Assembly (NCBI GenBank): GCA_044892525.1
Contig: CM097885.1
Span: 27,592,001 to 27,656,000 of the forward strand
Source of the DNA: Schmidtea polychroa
Taxonomy: Eukaryota
Direction: 5' to 3'
Length of the DNA: 64,000 nucleotides
The notes below the pieces were generated by a model. The model had not been told where the DNA came from. It saw only the letters and a list, made by a program, of their open reading frames with translations, and did no database searches. The position numbers and the translations under genes were made by a program. Positions 54,390 to 64,000 of this stretch are shown here, piece by piece. Numbering within the stretch: the first letter of the stretch is position 1; each line of letters opens with the position of its first letter.

Positions 54390-55400
54390 TGGCTCAATCG
54401 AAAGGTCTTAGATTGGGCTTTAAAATGAGCTATCGTGGAACAGTTTTCGTTGACGGGAACTCTGTAAATTTAAATTTTAAAATATGAAAAAACGAATGAC
54501 CTTGAAAAAATAAATGACCTTGAAAAAATAAATGACCTTGAAAAAATAAATGACCTTGAAAATATAAATATATAAAAAAAAATTATTAATCGGGAAAACG
54601 TTAATAATTTTGCCAATAATAATGATAATAATAATATTTATATATCAGTAGATAGATCTTGCACTGGGCTTTAAAATGAGCTATCGATCGATGAAATAAA
54701 ACGATGAGAACGATAACGTTTGGGCAAACGAAAACCATGTGCCCGCAAGACCACTTAATAATTATATGACCTTGAAAATGATTTTTGGTAAAATGTTATT
54801 AACTTTGTTATATTATTGATGATGATGATACCTTCAATAGCTCATTCGAAAGGTCTTGGATCGGGCTTTACAATGAGCTGTCATTGAATAATTTTTGTTG
54901 GCGGGAACTCTGTAAATTAAAATATGACCTTGAAAAAACAAATGGCCTTGAAAAATAAATGACCTTGAATAAATAAATGACCTTGAAAAAAATGACCTTG
55001 AAAAAAAAATGACCTTGAAAAAATAATATTTTGAAAAAATAAATGACCTTGAAAATAGTCTCGGAAAAACGGTAATAATCTTTCCAATAATAATGATAAT
55101 AATAATATTTATATATCAGTAGATAGATCTTGCACTGGGCTTTAAAATGAGCTATCGATCGATGAAATAAAACGATGCGAACGATAACGTTTGGGCAAAC
55201 GAAAACCATGTGCCCGCAAGACCACTTAATAATTATATGACCTTGAAAATGATTTTTTGTAAAATGTTAATAACTTTGTCAATATTATTGATGATGATAC
55301 CTTCCATGGCTCATTCGAAAGGTCTTGGATTGGGCTTTAAAATGAACTATCGATGAATAATTTCCGTTAGCGGGAACTCGACCTTGAAAAAAAAATGACC
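54390..55400. repeat. Subterminal tandem repeats of about 450-470 bp in element B, with runs of ATGACCTTGAAAAA
   Basis: TCGAAAGGTCTT.GAT.GGGCTTTA at about 54398, 54847 and 55316. Internal copies of the terminal motif GTGCCCGCAAGACCAC lie at about 54739 and 55210. Confidence 0.9.
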
Positions 55401-55491
55401 TTGACCTTTTATTTAAAAAAAAATTTTCCGGCCGGGGGGGGGGTATGTTGTCTTGCGGGCACATGGTTTTGCGGGCACACTACCATCTACT

Positions 55492-55581
55492 CTCATAACC
55501 TATCACAGCTGCAACAACGCCGCCATTAATTTGATTAAGTAAAGTTGAAAGAACAAGCAATGCAATGAATATTCGTATCAT
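55492..55581 (-). pseudogene. Tandem paralogue of the small Cys-rich gene, interrupted by element B
   Basis: Reads MIRIFIALLVLSTLLNQINGGVVAAVIGYE, and continues left of element B as PCKTE (50215-50201), versus YGACQTV in the intact copy. Upstream 55582-55667 also matches 56805-56890. Confidence 0.88.
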
Positions 55582-56495
55582 AATTTGACAATGAAATAAA
55601 CGTCCAAACAAACATATTAAAAAAATCACCTTGTTTGGAATTCCAAATATAGAAATAGAACGGATATAAAATTTACAAAACTAATTTTCAAAGTCTACAA
55701 TGAAGCAAATAAAATTGGCATCATTCTATCAAAATATTTTCGGCTCTACTCAACAACATTTGCTATAATTTCGTAAAAACTCAATAAGTTGACCAACGTA
55801 TTTTACAAAAATTTTCTAAGTATTTTGAGTTGGCTTACATATTTATTTGATATGCTGTTGTTCACTGTCTCCTCATTTGTTAAGGAATAAGATTTTAATT
55901 CTATAATATGAGTTAATATTTTTGATAATATGTGAAAGTTATTATATTATGGCATTTGATGATAATGTTATTCACTGTCTCCCCACGTATTAAAGGAATA
56001 GATTATAATTCTATAATTATGGAATGACCTACATTTTAATTTAGAGACTTTGGCACTCGTTTCCAATGAAAGCATGCTTTTTTTTCCTATATACACACCA
56101 TATATTTTCGTGACCTAGATAAAATTCTGATTTGACCTAGATATTTTCTAGAGGAGAGGTTGATCCAGCAGTGATACTACATATGATATTATTGTCGATG
56201 AATTGGAAAAAATGATTTCATTCAAGCAATGATTGATAAGACCCGTCAAATCACTAGATATATACACATCATAATAATAATTATGACTATGGATATATTC
56301 TACAAGGAAATGTTACATTTTCGTAATAAGTTTTGGGAAAGCTTATTACGGATTGTAACAAAAACGAGTAAGTCAAAATATATTTATGAAAACTTATGCA
56401 AGAACAATATTATAAATCTTTTTTTTGTCAAATATGGGAATTTTTGTTTCGAGATAATAGTTCAAAATTTATAATCGTCTTTTCGAAATTATAGT

Positions 56496-56804
56496 TTAAA
56501 CAGGAGCTACAACACATGCAGTTGCACAAGCTGCCATGCAAGCTCCTTGGGCAGCTGAACAGGCTATCACTGCTGGAAGTGCTCCAGCTCCAGCAGTAAG
56601 AGCTCCTATAAAATATAAAATAGGAACATTGTATTAATAACTATTCTCACCTGCTGTCAGTCCCAATGATGCTAAACATGCGACATATCCGGCATTGCAG
56701 ACAGTTTGGCATGCCCCATAACCTAGCACAATTCCTACGAGGCCGCCATTAATTTGATTAAGTAAAGTTGTAAGAACAAGCAATACAGTGAATATTCGTA
56801 TCAT
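56496..56804 (-). CDS. Small secreted Cys/Ala/Gly-rich protein (87 aa), 2 exons
   Basis: Exon 1 56804-56651, a 45-nt GT-AG intron, and exon 2 56605-56496 give MIRIFTVLLVLTTLLNQINGGLVGIVLGYGACQTVCNAGYVACLASLGLTAGALTAGAGALPAVIACSAAQGACMAACATACVVAPV*. Confidence 0.9.
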
Positions 56805-57060
56805 AATTTGACAATGAAATAAACGCTCAAACAAACATTTAAATATTCACCTGGTTTGGAATTCCAAATATAAAAATAGAACGGATATGAATTATATTAA
56901 ACTAACAGACAAGAACAGACATACCACTGTAAATTATATCATCATTTCTAGTGAAATAAAAAAATAAAGTGATCAGTGCACTATTCCAAAATATTATTGC
57001 TATTATTTTACTGGATTTCTCTAAGTTTATAATACGCGAATTTCATTGGCTGAATTTATG

Positions 57061-57144
<84 letters not shown>

Positions 57145-58849
57145 GATTTTGGCAATGAAATTGCTTTTAGTTTTCATTATAATAATTGAAATTTTATTAA
57201 CAAATTATGAAAATGACTTTATTAATTTTTAAAAATAAAATATACAATTATTTCAAATAAATTAATATTATAAAGCCAGATAGCACAATCTCTGTGCCAA
57301 GTATTATTATTATTTATTTATTATTATATGAGGTTACAGCCAGTGCACCTTTTAACGTTTTCACCAGAAGCAAGGGCTTTTAATTACAATTATCTGAATC
57401 GTAATCCGTACCACCTTCATACGTAAACATCTACCGTCATTGCCTCTTTTGTAAAAGATGAAGTCGAAATCAAAAAACTATTTTATACTAATAATAAATA
57501 TTTAAGATAATTTCAACATTAAACTATTTTACATCATTAACATTATAAATAATTCACAATCTAATATGTCAATGTCAATCACATGCTAGAAATCTTATAT
57601 TAAATTCCTTCTTAACATTTTTGGATAGCTCTAAATTGGTTTCTTTATTCGAAAACTTGTTTCAGAAATATGTAGAGCATGTGTACAGCCTGGAATTATT
57701 ATCACTTGATTGTAATTCTCCTGAATCTTTTTTCTTGAAAATATATTTTGGAGTCTATGGTTATTTGATATTAGATATATTAATATATTTGTTTTAATAT
57801 TGAGAATAAATGTGCCATATTTAATACATATTATTTCAATTTTAGTTATTTTACTACGACAATAAATCAAAAATTAAATTTCTATGCAAAACAAATTTAT
57901 TTCTGATTTATAGAAATAATAAAAATTAATTTAATAATTTTAAAAACATTTGTATAATTTAATATTTATTTAACCGTTTGCGGACGAAATTAATTTATTA
58001 ATATATCATTTTTTAGTATAAAACCTTTTAGTATACGAATGCTTGATATTGTAGGTAAGAACGATTTCATTGTGAATTATAAGTTATTATTATTGAAACC
58101 TTGTTTTCATTATTTCTTTTTAACTATAGAAATCTAGGTTTGAGTGAGATCGTCGGTTATCATTGATTTTGAAGCGAGATCCCAGCCAACCCTGCACCTA
58201 TGCACTTTATCATCGATGAGTACACAGTTCACAATGATTGCAGGCCACTGCCTGGCACGCACTTATCAATATTATTGGTTTCATTTTGTTCGGTCATCGG
58301 AGGTCGGCCATTTCATGGTTCTACCATGGAGTTGTGTCGATAAAACCCCTCCGCTATGGCTCCATATATTTATTTATCGGTCGACAGCGATGTTTCGACT
58401 CCACACAACAGTAGGGCTTGTCGTAGCGGTCACAGTGGGGCCGTGTAAGCAAGCACTCTTCCCGACTTTCAATGCATGAATAACTTACATAGTTAAAATC
58501 TACATCCAAAATCATCACAATACAATACACTAAGGTTAATAAACGGAGTAGATCCTAGACCTAAATTCATCACAACTCCACAATTCACAATTAATGTAGA
58601 CGGTTAAATATCATCAAGAACCAACTCTACCTATACGTTTGTCGAATCTAGATTTATAAATGTCTTAAATAAATTTTCTAGTAATAGTGTAAAGTAAAGA
58701 TTTTTTAAAAATGATTGATTTAGTAGTGATAGTATTCATAAAGGTGTTCGACATGCGCATCAGCAAGACTTGGATTTTAAATTGAATAGACTCTAAACTA
58801 ACTATAAAAATTCAAATCGTAAACCCATAACAGTATAAATTATCCTCTC

Positions 58850-60400
58850 AATTTCATAAAAATGTGAATTATACTTATAGATTTAATTTCTTCAAAATAT
58901 AAATTATGATTAGTTATAAAGGTATAAATTATAAATTTAATTTCTTGAAATTATAAATTACAAATTTGTATTGACGATAAAAATTATAAATTATAACTCT
59001 AAGTTAATTATAAAAGTATAAATTATAATCTTAACTTCATAAAAATATAAATTATAAAATTATATTAGCTTTGGAAATATAAACTATAAATTGAACTTCA
59101 CCAAATATAAATTATAAACTTAAAAGTATAAATTATAAAATTATATGGGCTCTAAAATATAAACTATAAATTTAACTTCATAAAAATATAAATTATAAAA
59201 TTATATTAGCTTTAAAATATAAACTATAAATTTAACTTAACTTCATAAAATATAAATTATAAACTTAAAAGTATAAATTATAAAATTATATTAGCTTTAG
59301 AAATATAAACTATAAATTTAACTTCATAAAAATATAAATTATAAAATTATATTAGCTTTAAAATATAAACTATAAATTTAACTTAACTTCATAAAATATA
59401 AATTATAAACTTAAAAGTATAAATTATAAAATTATATTAGCTTTAGAAATATAAACTATAAATTTAACTTCATAAAAATATAAATTATAAATTTATATTA
59501 GCTGAAAGACTATAAATTATAATCTTAATTTGGTCATAAAAGTATAAAATATAAACTACGTTAGCGATAAAAATATAATCTATAATAAGTTGTAAATATT
59601 TTATAAATACCCCCCCCCCCCAAGTTACGTAATGGTCGAAACAAATGTCCAGATTCATAATCTAACTTATATACGTATATTTGAAACTTATAAAGTATAA
59701 TTTACATTTTTTAATGAGTACCGTCATCAAACTGTACATTTGTCGAGAACAATATATATAGTAATAAATTAACTTATATATCAAATTTTAAAGATATAAT
59801 TCATAGATTGTCATAAATAACCCCTCAGAGCAAATAACCATTAATTATTATCTAAATGCATTAATTTAGACTATCTTATATATATATACTTAACTTAGAT
59901 TACCTTTAAAATCATAGTTGAAAATTTGTCATCAAAGACCCCCAATAAACCATATCGTCATCAACTACTACCTAAATATACTAAATTAGCTTATCATAAT
60001 ATATATTTAACTTATATTATATTTAAAAATGTAAACTGAAAATTTTTATGAATGACCCCCCTACAAACCATATAGTCATCAACTACCACATAAATATACT
60101 AAATTAGTTTATCTTAATACATATTTAACTTATATTATATTTAAAACTATAAATTGTACATTTTCAGACCATATAGTCATTAAGGATTACCCAAAAGTAC
60201 TAATTTAATTTGTTTTCAGATATGTTCAACTTATATTACCTTTAAAAATATAACTTGTATTTTTATTTAACCGACCCCCCTCAAATCATGTAGCCATTAA
60301 CTATTACGTAGGTATGCTGAATTATATTATATTCATAGACAGTTAAATTATATTTCATTTAAAAATATAAATTCATAAATTTTCGTAAATGACCCCTCCC
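58850..60400. repeat. AT-rich minisatellite (about 60-140 bp higher-order units, 58850-59600) followed by diverged units of about 120 bp (59800-60400); probably transposon subterminal repeats
   Basis: Recurrent AAATATAAACTATAAATTTAACTTCATAAAAATATAAATTATAAAATTATATTAGCTTT, then GACCCCC..AAACCATAT.GTCATCAACTAC..AAATATACTAAATTAG units. Confidence 0.8.
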
Positions 60401-60459
60401 CCATATGTGGTAATCTTATACAAATATAAATTTATATTTATTATTATTATCGTTATTAA

Positions 60460-60601
<142 letters not shown>

Positions 60602-61399
60602 CATTATTATTAGTATTAGTATTGTTACCAGTAACATTATCACTCTCATTATTATTATTACTATTATCATTATTATTAATATTATATTATTAAAATAATT
60701 ATCTGCATTTCATGAAAATAAAAATTATAAACTAAATTATTGATTTTGGGATTCCCCTATCTCTAAATTTAGTTTCAATGGCCCTATCTTCCAATAAAAT
60801 TACGGAAAATCACTAATATCTATTTTTAGTAACACCCCCCCCCCCTGAAACGACATCAACTATTATTAATTTAAATTATATCCATATATGTATATGTGTG
60901 TGGGTGTATATGTATATGTATATATATGTGAATGTGTGTATGTATATATAGATTTAGAAAATAACAAATACCATAATCTTCCCCCTCAAGACCCCATGTG
61001 GAATAATTTCCACAACCCCTTTAAAGTAATAAAGATAGAATAATTTATAAAAATTATGGACACAATTATGTTCAAATCAAATAAAAAAAGACAAAACCCA
61101 ATGGTAAACTAAATTTATTAATTTCAATCACCAAATTTATTTACATCATTGTCTCTTTGAATCATATTCATACCAAAAAGTCCTTCGAGCTCAGTTGATG
61201 GACCATCCCGATGAAATACATTTCCTGGGGTTGGAAAATGGAAAACTTATATTAAAATATCTTTCAGAATTTCTTTTAGATTTCCACAATTAAATAATTC
61301 CAAATTATTTCTCACAAATATATTCGATCAAAAAGAATTTTAATATTTTATTTAATTACAACATCCTGAATAAAAACTCAAAAAAAAAAAAAACTCCAA

Positions 61400-62064
61400 C
61401 TACAAATCGGCTTTATTTCTTTGCTTGGCTGCTTTAGGATCATAAATGGGCATTTTTCATTTATTAATCGGATAAAATCAGTTTTTTCTGTACAACCTTT
61501 ACATTCTTCACCCCAGCTTTCTAATATTTTTTGAGATCTTTAACGCGAGCTTTGCTTAGATTGATGCCAGTGAGATCGATGGGTTTGTCTGAAAAATAGT
61601 TGAATTAATATTTAAAATCTTAACTGAACATACTATATTTTAATTCACAAATTTGTGAATCCATTGCTTTTAGTTTTCAGACTTTTTCGGCGGGCATAAC
61701 CCAACTCAAAGGCTGAGACAAATGTTTTACAATATATGTAGTAGATGTTACCAATCCTCCAATATAATAACACTAAAAATAAATTACCATTTTATATTAA
61801 TCAGTTATAATACCTTACAAGACTTTATTCTTTTCCTTTACTTGTTTTGCTCATCTCTTTGAATTTATTTTCAATATTTTCGATATTTGTACTTTCATCT
61901 CCATCTAGACTATCTTTCAGGCGTCTCACAAACTTAACACAAACTGAACAATTTTTAAATATAATAAAAATAAGTGCCAAATACCTTCGCAATTATTTTC
62001 ATTAACTGTAGCTGACATTACATAGTAAACATTGATTAGAAAAAAAAACTGATAAAATTTTCAT
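61400..62064 (-). pseudogene. MANF: MANF/ARMET (ER stress protein) unprocessed pseudogene, 4 exons
   Basis: Reconstruction: signal peptide, [103 protein letters not shown]. Three short GT-AG introns, two in-frame stops and three homopolymer frameshifts. Confidence 0.92.
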
Positions 62065-62849
62065 TGCAAAATATCACTAATTAATAATATATAATAAAAA
62101 AAAATGGTTTGTTAAAAAATAATTAGTTAAAACAAGTTTAAAATACTTCAAACTGACTTATAAGTTTTGTGTAAAATGTAAGTAACGAGTATTGTAAAAT
62201 TAATTTAATATTATTATAAATTTTGAATTAAAATTTTCTTAAAATTCTAGAAAAAATCTATTATTAATAGAAAACAAATTTTTAAAAAATAAATAAAGTT
62301 TGAGTCAATTTGAATTTTCTAGAGGGAATTGTTTTGTAACAGTTATTGATGTAGTTTGAATTTATTTAACTTGAATTAAAAATATAATATTAACAAAAAT
62401 GTATTGTGAGATTTTGATTGTTGATCTAACCATCTCTCTATAACTACCCGGGCTCAACAAAGGGGAGTGTCATTGTAGGTCAACTAGGACAATCATAGTC
62501 ACCGCGAAATACGCTTTGTCAAATAATACGCGGTCATAAACAATCATGGTTCTTGTAAAGTTATTATATTTTGTTGTTGTGGTTGGTGAAATTTCTGACC
62601 CTTATTTGTATGTTCCCCAATATATAAGTTTTTTTTTTGATTATGTTCTAATTAAATTCATTATCCTCAAAAATTTCTTAAGGTATGTTTAATAAACTAT
62701 GGCTATGTTTCACTTAATTTATATTCAAACATTTTAGATGTGGTATTGTATGAACAGGTTTTAATAGATTAATGTATGATTCCTGATGACTTATGATCGT
62801 TTGAGGATAGAAAGTTTGTATAGGCATAGTTGAGAAAGTAATTATAATA

Positions 62850-63085
62850 AGGGACCTGCGTAAATCGGACATATATCTTCTAACGATAGTCCGTGAACCA
62901 AGTAGAGTGCTCGACAATTACAGTGCAACTAGTGCGCTCACTTTTTGCGAGCACTCACCCTCTTGATACAGTACCAACGTTGATCATTCAACGGGTATCA
63001 AGCGGTAAACAATGTTGTATCTTGGGTTACGCTGGTAACAGCACTAAAGAGCAAAATATTTGATCATCAGTAACCCACCAATATA
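62850..63085 (+). repeat. Copy of the unclassified dispersed repeat of about 250 bp
   Basis: Contains GTACCAACGTTGATCATTCAACGGGTATCAAGCGGT and flanks matching 27410-27625. Confidence 0.8.
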
Positions 63086-63364
63086 AACACTAGAAATAGT
63101 TATAAGAATAATAATTCTAACAAAAATAGTAAATGAGATTATGAAAATGCCATTTATGATATTATCTAATTTAAAAGTCAAAATTTATTTTTATATTAAA
63201 ATTACAAACTATTTACAACAAAAAATGAAGGAATGAGAACGAACCGACACAAAAAAACAGTCATGAAGAAACATTTCACATTCCATCTCGATTAACTTAA
63301 TTACTAAAGTGATACTGTTCAATTGTCAATATTTATACTTGTTAGTGACATTTAAGTAAACATT

Positions 63365-63665
63365 CGTTTTCTTTTACACCTAATTCCGAAATATAAAAGT
63401 TTCTATAATACACGTTGGTGTGCACACCAGTTGAGGTGACTCGCCATTTATGAGAAAATGAAGTTTGGAACCTTATTTATTCAATTAATAATGGTTTTCC
63501 AGTAAGTTTTTTAATTTTAAGTAACTTTTAAGGCTTGAATTTTGATTTTAAATAATTATGAGATCATTATTCCAAACTCTTAAATATTACTTTTAGTGTA
63601 CATTTGTATTATAAATTATTTTAAATTAATTTTCAGGTATTTTATGGAATTTTAAAAATTTTTTT
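63365..63665. mobile_element. End fragment of the Tc1/IS630-like family
   Basis: CACGTTGGTGTGCACACCAGTTGAGGTGA at 63411 and its flanks are the reverse complement of 15480-15730. Confidence 0.7.
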
Positions 63666-63864
63666 TTAGATTATAGAAACTTTTATATTTTGGAATTAGG
63701 TGCACCATTCATTTGAAAATATAATTCTTTTAACTTGAATGTCCAAAAACTTCATTATAGATTCTAACGAATGTGCAATATAAATATGCAGCCTAACAAA
63801 ACGACTCACAGTTCCCATCACCAGATCCCTCTATGAATTTATATATATAATACCCATAATTAAT

Positions 63865-64000
63865 AATTGTTGGGTACTTAGGGGTGGTCAATTTTCCATT
63901 TAAAGTACGTTAGGGGTAATCATAATCGTTCAACTCTTTCCTAAGCACCTCCACGACTATTGCAATTTAAACCATTTGTGTACCCATGGCGACGACCATG
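63865..64000. repeat. Dispersed repeat shared with 32168-32305, running off the window end
   Basis: Reverse-complement match over about 130 bp. Confidence 0.7.

Larger units (their letters stand above)
50222..55491. mobile_element. Non-autonomous Maverick/Polinton-type element B (5.3 kb) with TIRs of about 130-140 bp
   Basis: Starts AGTAGATGGTAGTGTGCCCGCAA and ends TTGCGGGCACACTACCATCTACT, with a perfect 6-bp TSD CTCATA (50216-50221, 55492-55497). The flanks rejoin into a host exon. Confidence 0.92.

Noticed and set aside
57969..58607. Possible TTAA-flanked piggyBac MITE containing the 111-aa ORF at 58144
   Set aside because: Only about 4 bp of terminal complementarity, and the ORF has no recognisable similarity.

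Overview
Very AT-rich eukaryotic (animal) DNA with 39-46 nt GT-AG introns and many (AAT)n tracts. This is compatible with a planarian-like flatworm, but the taxon is an inference. Host genes: the 5' half of glucosidase II alpha (GANAB) head-to-head with an intact RBM8A/Y14, a spliced DnaJ gene with a C-terminal membrane anchor, a small secreted Cys-rich protein gene with a disrupted tandem paralogue, and pseudogenes of MANF and an RNF126/RNF115-type E3. Most of the rest is mobile DNA: a complete hAT element with a nested piggyBac, plus pogo, Tc1/IS630 and piggyBac relics and several unclassified repeats. The most striking feature is a Maverick/Polinton cluster. Element A (39394-49914, 6-bp TSD GACATC) has multi-kilobase satellite-filled inverted repeats and no visible replication or capsid gene, but carries an intact spliced IAP-type RING gene behind a promoter built from the same AP-1 and TCAAGGTCA motifs as its termini. 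Element B (50222-55491, TSD CTCATA) has different ends but shares that cargo and a recurrent 45-bp hairpin module. A degenerate major-capsid-bearing relic (about 25.2-28.2 kb) shares sequence with both.
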